The notes under the pieces were generated by a model. The model did not search any database, was not told the DNA's origin, and saw only the letters and a program-made list of their open reading frames with translations. Below are positions 1 through 14,870 of a stretch of 64,000 nucleotides of DNA, piece after piece; the first letter of the stretch is position 1, and each line of letters starts with the position of its first letter. Source of the stretch: Takakia lepidozioides (Eukaryota; Plantae; Bryophyta); the NCBI GenBank assembly GCA_030704615.1, contig CM060734.1:3472001-3536000 (forward strand), in the 5' to 3' direction. The position numbers were made by a program, and so were the translations under genes.

Positions 1-383
1 CGATGCTTGCAGGGTATGCACAGCAGGGGCGCGAGATGGAGGCCTTGGAGACGTATGAGCAATTGATGGGGGAAGGGGTGAAGTGCAACCACATCACGTT
101 TTGTATGCGTTCGCAATGCTTGTGCAAGCCTAGCAGCCCTAGAAAAGGGCAAAGAGGTGCATGGTGACATCGCCAAAGATGGAATTGTACCAGATGTGAT
201 TCTGAACAATACCCTCGTGGACTTTTATGCCAAATGTGGGTCCATCGAGGATGCAAAGGCAGTGTTTGATAAGATGGCTGCACAAGATGTGGTATCATGG
301 AACGTGATGATCGCAAAATATGCCCAGCAGGGTCACGAGATGGAGGCTTTGGATACCTATGAGCAAATGATGGGCAAAGGGTA
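1..383 (+). pseudogene. PLS-class pentatricopeptide repeat (PPR) gene fragment with a frameshift
   Basis: Typical PPR motifs: MLAGYAQQG..EALETYEQL, NACASLAALEKGKEVHGDI, LVDFYAKCGSIEDAKAVFDKM, DVVSWNVMIAKYAQQG. An extra T near 99-102 shifts the frame, and similarity stops at about 383. Confidence 0.85.
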
Positions 384-436
384 CCACCGACAGTTTGGAG
401 GCTGTGATGGCTACATATGTGTGGGGAAAAAGAAGC

Positions 437-1487
437 GAAGGGATAGAGTGTGGCCAGATTTCAGGCACAAGATTACTTATGATTCCTTGTGAATCAATAG
501 CTACTAGCAACCTGCATGGGTAGATGGCTGGAAGCTGCAACAGCAGCAACACAATTGATAAATTCAGGCACTGCTAATGAAGGCACTTCTTCAACACAAT
601 TCACCCTGTTTTTCCCTCTTATCAGAATCGGCCCTGAATTTTCATGTTGAATTCTGCAAGTTAGCTGGTTGAGTGAACCTTTGATAGTTTGGAGTGACTG
701 ACTGATATTGCCAATGTGACAACAGGAAAGTATCCAGAAACAGGTAACAGATATAAGGAGACCAGGAGCTGGGGAATGAATACTTTTATGACCCCAGTCA
801 ATGGTGGGACAATCAAGGCAAAAGGTAAATGCCTGTTGGATTACAGAGAGTAGCAAATGCAATTGAGCATAGGAACTAGTGTGATAAGTTGAGTTGGGTG
901 TTTCCTAGAACAATTCTAGGCTTTCATTGTCAGTTGCTAGCAGCACGGAAATGGTGAATGCATGATTTGTGCAGAGGCATGGATAGCTGAAGGAGCAGGG
1001 ATAGAGTGTGGGTCCAGATTGGCAGCAGCGACACAATTGATATAATCAGGCACTGCTAATGAAAGCATCTTCTTCAGCACATTTCACCATGTTTTTCCCT
1101 CTTATTAGAATCGGCCCTAACTTTTCATGTTGAATTCTGCAAGTTAGCTAGTTGAGTAAATCTAATTTGGAGTGACTTTGACATGATATTGCCGATGTGA
1201 CAACAGGAAAGTATCCAAAAACAGGTAACAAGGACGAGGACAAGCTGTGGAATGAATACTTTTTTGACCCTAGTCAATGGTGGGAAGAAGGTGAATGCTT
1301 GTTGGATTATAGAGAGTAGCAGATGCAATTGAACATAGGAACTAGTGTGATAAGTTGAGTTGGGTGTTTCCTAGAACAAATCTAGTCTGTCATCGTCAGC
1401 TGCTAGCAGCAAGGCAAGGATGTATGCTTGATTTGTGCAGAGGCATCGATAGCTGAAGGAGCAGGGATATAGTGTGGGTCCAGACTC
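437..1487. repeat. Degenerate ~470-480 bp tandem duplication
   Basis: ~540-1020 aligns with ~1022-1487 (e.g. GGAACTAGTGTGATAAGTTGAGTTGGGTGTTTCCTAGAACAA occurs twice). A GGGATA(G/T)AGTGTGG..CCAGA motif recurs at ~440, ~1000 and ~1465. Confidence 0.85.
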
Positions 1488-1673
1488 AGGTGTTTCCGCC
1501 TTGGCATGTTGCTCAATGACCTTCCTTGGTAGCTTTGGAATATAGTGAGTGTCTCACAATGCAATGTTGGTTGGTGCATCTTATGCAGGAACTTGGAAAA
1601 CAAACAAATGTCATTTTTTGGAGCTTTAGGCTGAACCTCTATGCAGGGCTGCATTGCGCAGCCTGGCCTCTGC

Positions 1674-1727
1674 CTCAGACTCAAACTCAGATCTTTGATC
1701 TCAGACTCAGACTCAGACTCAGACTCT
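1674..1727. repeat. (CTCAGA)n hexamer microsatellite
   Basis: Directly visible. Confidence 0.85.
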
Positions 1728-2704
1728 TTGATGTCAGGCTGAAGTGTATTTGGGCAATGAAGCACTTATGTAATTCTGAATTATCGTTGCATCTGCTCAT
1801 TCTATCTGTTGTTCTGGCCATGCTTAGTCAGTTCTTCATGTCATGAGCAGGTTGTTGCCGTGATGCTTTGGAATTGTGTTTAGGTGTCTTTAGATCGTGA
1901 TACTGACCACGAGCAACCTACGGTGAACTGTGGTATCCTCCACATTTATGTGGAATGTCCTACAACATAGGCCGTAGTATATTTCACACCCGCTATGGTC
2001 TTCTCGACAGTTATGTGGAATGACCTACAGTATAGGCAGTAAAATACTCCACACCCTGGAACATATGGAAATCTAGGTGCTCATGGGTTTACGATGGTCA
2101 TAGGGGCTGTGCAAAGATAATCTTGTTTAAAGTTCACTCAGACATCCTGTCTGAGGCTCGAAAATCTTGGATTGTCCTGTGTGCAGCTCTTCCCAGATGT
2201 TCCGAGAGGAGGTGACAACAACTTCTCTCTGACTTTGACGTCACCTGGGCAAATGGTGGCTATTTGTGCAGCAAAACCTCTCAATCAACAATTAGATGGA
2301 ACGACAATCTCCTGCCGTGTTGGCAGTTCGGTTAACACCCGCCATTCGCCTGCTGATGGAGTTGACTCAGATGTCAACTGGAGACACCATCAAAGCTCTA
2401 GGCGAGGCAGGTCCAAGACTTAGCTTTTCCTTTGAGCCTTCCAAGTGAAAGAGAGGGAACCCTTGATTAGCCCCTAGTGCTTTTAGTACGATAGGGTCTG
2501 TTTGCACTCTGGTCACGAGGTGGAGTCCCCTTCCTATGCCTTCATGGCTTGTATTTGAGGTTATTTTTTCCGCATCCTTTCTTGGAAAATAAAATTCGGC
2601 CTCTCTGGGGCCTTCCCAAAAAGTAAAGGATTTTGCCTGCCTAGTATGGCGTATTTGGAGGAGGATTAAAAAGCAGAATGGGCGGCAGACGCAATCCTTT
2701 ACGT

Positions 2705-2810
2705 TATGGAATGGGCCACAACATGCCATTATGGCGGTTTCGGTGGCAGCTCGCCCTCCGGCTCGCCACCACCTTACCCGCCACAGTGGCATGTTGCAGT
2801 CCATTCCATA
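2705..2810. repeat. Inverted repeat / hairpin with ~33-bp arms
   Basis: TATGGAATGGGCCACAACATGCCATTATGGCGG (2705-2737) matches the reverse complement of 2778-2810, TATGGAATGGACTGCAACATGCCACTGTGGCGG. Confidence 0.8.
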
Positions 2811-3104
2811 GTACGGAAAACAAAACGCCGTCCTCAACCATCATGGACTTGGACTTGACGATGAATGGGTTTTGTAATAGTGTGGTCAACCTCCTCTCGA
2901 TTTTTTGGTAAATTTTCTAGTTTCGTGCTTCCTTACTTTTCTCTAGGTTTAGATTTGACGCCTCATCTCTTTCCACGTGTCCATGCCCTGCCTATGGACA
3001 TAATCTTAACCGTTTATCTTTCGAAGGCCGAGTTCCCGCCATAAAGAGACTGTCTAGCCATCGCTACATAGATCGACAGAGAATGTGTAGGAAACACCCC
3101 TCTA

Positions 3105-3158
3105 CGTGTGTGTGTGTGTGTGTGTGTGTGTGAGAGTGAGAGAGAGACAGTGTGTGTG
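3105..3158. repeat. (TG)n/(AG)n microsatellite
   Basis: Directly visible. Confidence 0.9.
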
Positions 3159-3417
3159 GCGGAAACAATAGAAGTACTCGGATTTTCAGCAGCAAACAAC
3201 CCACATTACGGACAATGATTTGGGAGGGTTCAGCCCTCTCTAAACAGCCATGAGGAGAGAGGGGGAGAGACAGACCAACCCAAATTGCCGATAGAATTAC
3301 AGTGTTATTGAATAGATATAAAAATCAAAGACACCACGTTCGTGCTGAATGAGGGCTGTTGCACAATGCTAGCATAGGATTTTCAGATATATGTTCCACA
3401 AACCAAGTAGTGGGGCC

Positions 3418-5525
3418 ATGGCGGATAAAGGGGGCAGAGGATGTTACAAATGTGGGAGGCAGGGTCACTGGGCTAAAGATTGCAACGCGCCACCCGCCTC
3501 AGCTCCTGCCTCCGACTCTGGGCCCCAGGCTGCAGGCAGGAAAGCCGGAAGCAAGGCAGGAATTAGCCGCCGAAATGATGGTGGAACCAACAAGACCGGC
3601 GGAGCTCCACGCCCACGGAAGATGCCCAAACTCACGCCTGACTTGCTGCTCTCCAGCGATGGCCTAGGGTATGTGCTTGAGAAGTTGCCTCAGCAGGTTA
3701 CCATACGCGGCCGCGGTCACGAGGTGCGGTGTGCGTCCTTCCTTCTTGGCAGTCTGACTAGGTCGTGATGACAGCTTCCATACTGCAGCAGGACTGGATG
3801 CAGATGCTCTGTTTGTTTGTTCGTGAAATTGCAGTCGAAAAAACAATGTAGACTTTAGAATCATCTTCAGCGAGATCTTTGAACTTGGTCTATTGGTTTT
3901 GCAAGAACAGACTTGAAATGAGGTCTAAACATGTAAAAACAATGTTCCTAGCGTTCCTGAGAAATCCTTTGGAGACGCCGTGGATGGAAAATTGTTCCAA
4001 ACTGTAGGTCTAGGTGGACCCAAATCAAAAAGTTGCCCTGATCAGACATAAGAATGGTTCATAAGAATGGACCAGAAAACACTGAGTAAATAAGTGAAGA
4101 TCCAAGGACTCAGGTCAGTGCAGGGAGATTTCTTTTAGTCAATTCTACCATGGAAATGACTCTGGCCCTCTTTCTGTTCTTGTAGATCCCCTGATTTCCC
4201 CTTTTTGTGATACTACTATATTATGGTTTTACATGTAATGTTAAATGCAATGTCCTGCAAGCTTGGCGATAATCGTGTAGACCCTGAGGGCAACTTCTGG
4301 AGATGTGATGCAGGTGGAGGATCTGAAGAGTTTGATGGAGGCATATGTGCGCTGGCACTCCCGCCTGCTGCCCTACTATTCCTACTCCCAGTTTGTGGAG
4401 AAGGTTGAGAAGCTGGGTGCTGCCAAACGTGTTCGGGTGTGCTCTATGCTCCCTCTGTCCATTACTGCACATACTGGATATTGGCAAAGATGATTTGGAG
4501 ATTACTGTCTATCAGTAGAGCACTGGTGGAAGCCCCGTGGGTGCTTAAATGTGATGTGCACTGTAATGTGTGTAGATGTGCTTGCGTGACTTGCGTAAGA
4601 AAGTTGCCAATGGTGAAACTGGAACTTTGAATGGAGAAGCAGCAGAAGGCCTCCCTGACTTTGACTGCCCTCCACCAACTGACCAAGGTAGCATTGAAAT
4701 TTGCACAAATTGTTCTAAAGACACAAGACTAGCTGACTGAAGGGTGTAAACACTTCGCATGAACTGATACATCAACATTATGTTTCTGGAGAAGGAGTAC
4801 ATATCTTCGTGGCTTGTTTAACAGGTGGGCTTGGAGGGCACACTTAGGAAGAACAAATGCAAGGTGGTTAGTTGCTGTCATCTTCTGTTTGTGATGAGAT
4901 GATGAATCAAGTTTTGTTTCACTTTCAAAAGGAGTAATCCAACCAAAACCATAGTATTCCCTCATGACGTTTGAAGTGTTCTTTTGTTCGCATGAACTGA
5001 TACATCAACATTATGTTTCTGGAGAAGGAGTACATACCTTCGTGGCTTGTTTAACAGGTGGGCTTGGAGGGCGAGAGGCTGTGGCAAATGAGGTGGAGGA
5101 GCACTCTGATCCACCAGTGGATTTGTTGGATGAGTATCTTAGGAGGGTGAGCAACATGCATTGTACACCCAGTACATAGTTGGAGGCTGTATTCACTCTA
5201 AATTATGTGGAGACAGTAGGCATGCAAATTGTAGGGTAAACATTGATTACTAGTGAGAGACTTTGTGTAACAAAGGTGCCTGTCAGACACAAAGTAATTG
5301 AAAAGTAGACCTCTGCATATGGACATATTACATGCCATTATTCTATGCCAATCTTTGTGTTTTGATGGTAATCTCCAGGCAACAGCAAAAGGTGAACTTC
5401 CACAAGAGGATAAGGGCTATGCAGTTCTAGACGAACAGCGGGCGCGGAGGCGAACAAGCTCAAAGCACTCGAGCGTGCTCGTGCTCAAGCCAGTAACAGT
5501 TGAGTGCTCGTGCTCAAGCCAGTAA
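3418..5525 (+). CDS. TIPIN: TIMELESS-interacting protein (TIPIN/Swi3/Csm3) with N-terminal CCHC zinc knuckle; exons ~3418-3723, 4314-4436, 4576-4687, 5058-5146, 5379-5525; apparent frameshift in the last exon
   Basis: Zinc knuckle CYKCGRQGHWAKDC. Swi3-domain-like PKLTPDLLLSSDGLGYV..RGRGHE/VEDLKSLMEAYVRWHSRLLPYYSYSQFVEKVEKLG. GT-AG introns are in compatible phases. The C-terminal EQRAR..EANKLKALERA motif is split across two frames. Confidence 0.85.
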
Positions 5526-6149
5526 CAGTTGAGTGAACGTTCATGGAGTACATGGATGGTGCAAACGTGAATGGCGTTCGGCATGCATTGTGGGACCAGT
5601 TGTGGGATAGTCGTAGGAACATCTAAATTCTGCGCTATTTTAGCTAGATGTAGGGTCTCCATTTGCTCACCAGCTCAGTCTGATGGTGGTGATAGATATC
5701 TGTGATCAAACTTCGACAGTGACCACTTCACACAACTAATTTCGTACTAGTATGTCTATGATCAGTGATCAGAAACTAAAAAAGCTCAGATACACCAAGT
5801 GAGTACAATTCTTTGGAGTAAATGGACCTTGGCTGGTCACTTTGGCTGCCTTTGTTGAAGCATCAGTATTGGGATTCTCAGTCCATCTCACATCTCCCCT
5901 GTAGATGCTTCCATATTTCATTAGTAAACACAGAAAGAGAAAGTGAATGATGCTGCTGTTTCTAGAAGTCGGCAAATCCTGGTTACAATATTGATTATGG
6001 TTGCTTGTGAAGCGGCTCTTATTTACGCCGGCTTTAGCCGGCCTCTTCTCTCTTCTCTCTCTCTCTATGGTAAGTACTGTCAAGTATTGTGTCACTGTAA
6101 AGGCCTTCTTCCCCTTGTTACTGACGAAAAAAGCTGTGATGGACTTTCC

Positions 6150-8900
<2,751 letters not shown>

Positions 8901-8989
8901 ATCGCTGTGCTGAATTGGATCTAACAAAAATATACACATAGATTGCTCGCGTTCAGGGTAACTCATATACTTGAGTACAAAGCACTATG

Positions 8990-9294
8990 TGAAGGAATAC
9001 ATTTATAATTCTCTGTCAGTGTATAATGTAGGATGTACTAGATTATAGATTAAGGATGTGCAGTTACATCCAATTACATCTGAAGTGGTTAGGTGGTTGA
9101 AGTCACCAAGGAGTGTGGAACGGTACAGAGCTCAACAGTTGAGTAGATGTAGAACCACCAGACTCAGCCGAGACACAGAGAGTGCAGATCTCTCTTGTGA
9201 ACATTTTCTCTCTTGATGTAAGATCTATTTAATCTAGTTCTATGTTTTACACGATTATGTGTGTGATTGACTTTGGATAGAATAGGTGTTTTCA
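8990..9294 (+). repeat. Copia 5' LTR
   Basis: TG..CA ends. The first ~190 bp match 13747-13939 with about 7 substitutions and one 3-bp indel (by-eye count). Confidence 0.9.
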
Positions 9295-9296
9295 CA

Positions 9297-9310
9297 TGGT
9301 ATCAGAGCCA
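9297..9310 (+). other. Primer binding site (initiator tRNA-Met)
   Basis: TGGTATCAGAGCCA immediately after the LTR. Confidence 0.9.
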
Positions 9311-9542
9311 TGGTTGTGGCTCGGGAGAGAGAGTGTCACTGATGAGAACGAACTAATAATTTCGAAACACACAATGAAATTAAAAGGAGTCGATAGAGTT
9401 TGGAGGAGAGAACTAACAATTCTCCACGATGCATCAGCGTGGAAGAATTATGTTTCTTATAGAAGAACACAAGTTCTAACATGGCCTAAATTTTGTGATG
9501 TTCATGCTTTCTTGGAAATTGATAATTGATTGAGAGACTGGA

Positions 9543-12500
9543 ATGGTTCAAAGAGTAGATGTGAGCAATATTCCTAAGTTTGATGGCACATACTTCCATG
9601 TGTGGAAGCATAGAGTAACACTACTGTTACAAGCAGAAAAACTATGGGCTCTAGTCGTAGGGACAGAGTTAAAACCAGTGGCTCCCACGACAGCACAGAT
9701 TGTTGCTGGGTAGCAAGCGCTTCCAGCCACAGGTGTTGGGAGTATAGTGAACTGGGAAGAAAGAGATGCCCTCTCATTCACCATAATTAATAACTGCTTG
9801 GACAATAGTGTAGTGTCACATGTACAGTCGTGTACATCAGCTTTTGAAGCATACCGAGAGTTGACAAGGTTATATGAATCAAAGGATGCAGTAACCAAAA
9901 TGTACCTTAGAGACAAAATTCAAACTTTAAAAATGAAAGAGAATGAAAATGTCACCAAGTATATACATGTCTTTAGATCTTTGCTAGAACAGCTTTCCAC
10001 TGTTGGTTCCCCTGTGTTAGACGAGGATGTTGTCTTATCCCTAATGAGGAGTATACCGATGAGTTATCGGACATTTATAGGCTCTTTTAGGAGACAGCCG
10101 AATATAAGTCTACAGTCTTTAATTACAGACTTAATACAGGAGGAAATTTTAATGATGAGTCTTGGACCTGCTACATATTCAAAAATTGCATTATATTCTG
10201 GACAGAAGTCTAGTACATATAATAGTTTTAATAGGAAGAAGCAAAATGAGGACAAAAGTAGTGTCAAGAAGGAGGATGGCAAAGGATCAAACTCAAATAA
10301 AGGAAAGAAGAAGCAAATCAAGTGCGTTTTTTCTGTAAGAAGTTTGGATATATGATTAAGGACTGTAGGAAGAGGATTGCAGCTGAAGCCGCAAACAAAC
10401 AAGCAACACAAGGACATGTTGCTGTCGAAGGCAATCAGCTCTATGTAGCAGCGATGATCATAAGTAAAGGGAAAAATTCAACTTGGTATGTGGACACAGG
10501 AGCCACACAACACATGACGTATGACATACACACTTTTGCGATATACAAAGAGTGGAGACAGGGACAAGTTGTCTATTTAGGGGATGAATCAACACATGAA
10601 ATAGCAGGCCAAGGGTTAGCCATTGTGTTGTTGTGCAATGGACAGCGAAGGGAGGTACCTGACGTGCTCCATGTGTCAGGTCTCAAGAAGAATTTAATTT
10701 ATGTTAAGCAATTAGACCTAGCTGGGGGAGAGATGAACATAAAAGAAGGTTGCTGTAACTTGAAGAATTCCAAGGAAAAACTCATAGCAAAATGTGAGAT
10801 AGAAAACGGACTCTATAAGCTAGGAACTGCATTACAGAACTCACAAGTCATGGCAATGCCAACTGTCTTAGAGACTAACAAGGCAAACCTATGGCACTGT
10901 AGATTAGGTCATATGAACCAAGATAAAATGCATCAGATGCAAACTAACTCAATGGTTAGAGGGTTGGATTCAGTAGATGTTAGGAAACTAACATTATGTA
11001 GAGATTGCATCTCAAGAAAATAGCACTGGGAGAAATTCCATGTAGAGGGAGGCACGAGAGCTACTGAACTGTTAGGCCTCGTACATACTAACATTTGTGG
11101 ACCGATGCAAACTCTCACACACAATGGGTTTAAGTATTTCATCACATTTATAGATGATCTTTCAAGGTTTACTATTGTTTATTTATTAAAACAAAAGTCA
11201 GAGGCATTTGAGAGGTTTAAACAGTATAAGTTACTGGTTGAAAATCAGCTAAGTAAGAAGATCAAGGTTCTAAGGGCTGATGGGGGTGGTGAATACATTT
11301 CTAACGAGTTTAATTTATTCTGTCAAGAGAGTGGCATAAAGAGGCAGTTTACTGTAGCAGGAACACCACAACAGAATGGGGTGTCTAAGAGGAAAAATAG
11401 GACCTTGGTGGAAGCAGTACTTTCCATGCTACACCATGCTAGCTTACCAAATGTCTATTGGGGTGAAGCTCTTATGACTGCCACATACCTATAGAATAGG
11501 TCACCAACCAAAGCTCTACATAATAACAAAACACCCATAGAGTTATGGACAGTTGTGAAGCCTGATGTATCACACTTGAAAGTCTTTGGCTGTAGAGCCT
11601 TTGCACAGGATAATAGACGCAAACTAGACTCACACACTGTCGAGTGTACATTTTTGGGCTATAGTGAACAGACTTAAGGGTTACAGATTAATGACCAAAC
11701 AAAAGACAATTATCATTTCCAGAGATGTGATATTCCATGAGGATAGTAATGACACAGTGGGAGATGCTATAGAAGAAGGAACACAAGTAGACAAAGATTC
11801 AATGCTATTAGATCGATCTTTCTTTAAGCAGTATGCAAACACTAATAATTTACCATTCCTCGCACTCACATAGTACCACAAAACACTCACACAAGTCCAA
11901 GTGTGCAACCTTCTCAAATACCCTCTCAGTTTCCTAGGCCAAGTCAAGGAATGGGAGCACTACCATCACCACTGAGCACGGGTTCAGTTTATCAGCCTTA
12001 TGATGTCATAGAGGATATAGTGAGAGAAAATACCTCACCCACCGTAGGGAAGGATTCAAGACAGGCTAGGAGAGAGACATCAAAGAGCACTTTTGACACA
12101 AGCTTCTGTAACGAACCTGTTACCTTGAAGGAGGCTTTATCTTGTTTCGAAGCAGAACAATGGAAGAATGCTATAGATTCTGAGTTGGAATCTTTAAGAA
12201 GAAACAAAACATGGACAGTCATGAAGCTACCAGAGAATAGAAAACCTATAGGTTGTAAATGGCTGTTCAAAGTAAAACTTCGGGCAGATGGGAGTGTGGA
12301 TCGCTATAAAGCAAGATTGGTAGCAAAATGATACTCACAGATATTTGGACTAGATTATACAAAGACATTTTCACCAGTAATCAAATTAGCATCTATACGA
12401 GTGATACTTGCGCTTGCGGCTCAGTTTGATTTGGAAGTTCAACAACTTGATGTTAAGACTGCCTTCTTGAATGGCTTCATAGAAGAAGACATTTATATGG

Positions 12501-13740
12501 AATTCCCAGAATGGGTCATACAAGAAAGAAAATCTGGTTTAGCTTGTAAGCTGAACAAATCACTTTACGGGCTCAAGCAATCATCACGGGCATGGTACCA
12601 AAGATTTGACACCTATTTGATGACAATAGGGTTTGATCAAAGCGTAGCTGATTCGAACGTCTACGCGCAGCGGAAGAACACGAGTTACCTTATTCTGGCA
12701 TTATATATTGATGATACTATATTGGCTAGCAATGATGTGAATTTCTTGCAAGAGATCAAGAAGCTCCTCGAATCTGAATTTGAAATGATGGATATGGGGG
12801 AGATCCACTACTGCATTGGGATGCAAATTTCAAGAAACAGGAGAGAAGGATGGATCAGATTGTTGCAAGAAAGGTATTTGCTTGGAGTGCTGCAAAGATT
12901 CAAAATGGAAAATTGTAAGCCAATTAGCACCCCAATGGAGACCAGGGAGAAGCTAACAAAGTCAGATTGCCCAGAAACTGAATATGGAAAAGCTTTGATG
13001 CAAGAAGTGTCTTATTCACAAGCAGTCGGTTGTTTGATGCATGTTGTTGTCAACACCCGACTTGATTGCTCATTTGCAGTGGGTAGTCTCGCTCAATTCC
13101 TATCGAACCCCGGAGAGCCTCATTGGCAGGCAGCAAAGAGGGTGATGAGTTACATAAAAGGCACTTTTCACATTGGAATTCAGTATTGTAAATCGGACAC
13201 AAGAGCAACCCTAATAGGTTTTTTAGACGCGGATTGGGCTGGAGACATAGACACTCGACGTTCAACATCGGATTTTTGCTTCAAGCTAGCAGGTGATGCA
13301 GTAAGCTGGTCAAAAGCAAAAAGCAGAGGTCCGTGGCTTTGTCAAGTACTGAATCCGAATACATGGCTTTATCAAAGGCTGCAGCAGAGGCAATGTGGCT
13401 CAGGAGTCTGATAATGGACTTGGGATTTGTTCAGAAGAAGGCTACTATAATTTATGCAGATAATCAAAGTGCAATAGCGCTATCTGAAAATCCTAAGTTT
13501 CATGCTCGTAGTAAGCATATTGACATCCAGTATCACTACAGACGAGAAAAGGTCCAGTCGAAGGAAGTGACATTGGAGTACCTTCCAACATCTGAAATGA
13601 TTGCTGATTTCTTGACGAAGAGCGTTCCGAAGGAGAAACACTTTCTTTGTGCGAGAGGGGCTGGATTGAAGTGGAACAAGAGGCCAGAGCAAGATTTAGA
13701 CAAGATGGAAGACACTACGTATATACTGCCAGAGTATTAG
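9543..13740 (+). pseudogene. Copia gag-pol polyprotein with stops and frameshifts
   Basis: Motifs IPKFDG, CFFCKKFG, WYVDTGATQHM, LWHCRLGH, LRADGGGEY, TPQQNGV, YKARLVAK, QLDVKTAFLNG, SLYGLKQ, LYIDD, DADWAG, ALSSTESEY, SKHIDIQYH. Stops at 9711, 11021, 11492, 11871 and 12329. Confidence 0.95.
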
Positions 13741-13746
13741 TGGGAG

Positions 13747-13939
13747 TGAAGGAATACATCTATAATTCTCTATCAGTGTATAGTGTAGGATGTACTAGAT
13801 TATAGATTAAGGTTGTGCAGTTACATCCAAGTCTTACATCTGAAGTGGTTCGGTGGTTGAAGTCACCAAGGAGTGTGGAATGGTACAGAGCTCAACAGTT
13901 GAGTAGATGTAGAACCACCACACTCAGCCGAGACACAGA
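13747..13939 (+). repeat. Copia 3' LTR (partial)
   Basis: Matches 8990-9179, then switches abruptly to the palindrome array. Confidence 0.9.
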
Positions 13940-13958
13940 AATCGTGAACAACGGGAAC

Positions 13959-14600
13959 AGAAATTCGGCTCCGCATTTCCGTCCGAGTCGCACCTTCCGA
14001 CATTCTCGAACGGAAATGCGGCGCCGCATTTCCGTTTTGTATACGAGGCCTGGAGCTGTGGGACGGAAATGTGGTGCCGCATTTCCATCCATGTGAGACC
14101 TTCAAACTTTCCAGATAGGAAATGCGGCACCGCATTTCTATTCAGGTGAGACCTCTATACTTTCCCGAACGGAAATGTGGAACGGCATTTCCGTTCATCA
14201 ACTGCGATATGTGAAGGGGGAACGGAAATGCGGTACCGTATTTCGATTCAGATTGAAAATCATGAACCACGGGAACTGAAATGTTGTGCCGCATTTCCGT
14301 CCGAATCGCACCTTTCGACATTCCTGAACGGAAATGCGGCGCCGCATTTCCCTTTTGTATCTCATACATGGAGCTGTGGGACGGAAATGCGGCACCGTAT
14401 TTCCGTTCAACAACTAAGGTATGTGAAGGTGGAACTGAAATGCGGTGCCGCATTTTCTTCCAACAAGTACGGATGTGTCGCTTCGTGATGGTACTTAACG
14501 GAAATGCGGCGCCGCATTCGCATTTTCACTCCAACTCATCAGACGCTGGGACGGAAATGCCTTGAAATGTGAACACGTGGAGCAACGGAATTGCGGCACA
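13959..14600. repeat. Array of 22-bp palindromes (GGAAATGCGGCGCCGCATTTCC consensus) with an exact 53-bp period and divergent 31-bp spacers
   Basis: Copies start at 13959, 14012, 14065, 14118, 14171, 14224, 14277, 14330, 14383 and 14436, followed by 14500 and partial copies. Confidence 0.95.
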
Positions 14601-14870
14601 TGTCTGCACTCTATCTGACTGAAGTGGCATGAGGCGGCGCGGCCTGACCGTTGGATAATGATGTTTGTTTTTCGGACGGCAGGCGTACCCTGAACGATTC
14701 GAATTTCGTAATGACGCAAAGTCCACGAGGAGACACTTTCGTCCAACCCTTTCGAACCCAAGTGGTGCATCACCGCCGTTTCATCTACTTTTGTCGTGTC
14801 TCCTCAGTCACCCCTCTCGCGCCCTTTCCATCAGCACTCTTTGCCCCTTTTCCCTGTCTCTGTTCTTCTT

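Larger units (their letters stand above)
8990..13939 (+). mobile_element. Ty1/Copia LTR retrotransposon, degenerate, with a truncated 3' LTR
   Basis: 5' LTR TGAA..TTCA at 8990-9294, PBS at 9297-9310, domain order gag-protease-integrase-RT-RNaseH, purine tract AGTGGGAG, then a partial 3' LTR at 13747-13939. Confidence 0.95.

Noticed and set aside
10320-10340. Programmed gag-pol frameshift at a T-run in the Copia element
   Set aside because: It falls inside the gag zinc knuckle of an element with many other lesions, so it is more likely a mutation.
13959-14457. True CRISPR array
   Set aside because: Eukaryotic intron-rich context with no cas genes. Spacers recur as duplicated classes, and the same repeat occurs singly in introns.
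13815-14773. Many short ORFs with EMRRRIS / GNAAPHF / KCGAAF peptides (also 20038-21105)
   Set aside because: These are translations of the palindromic DNA repeat in all six frames, not proteins.
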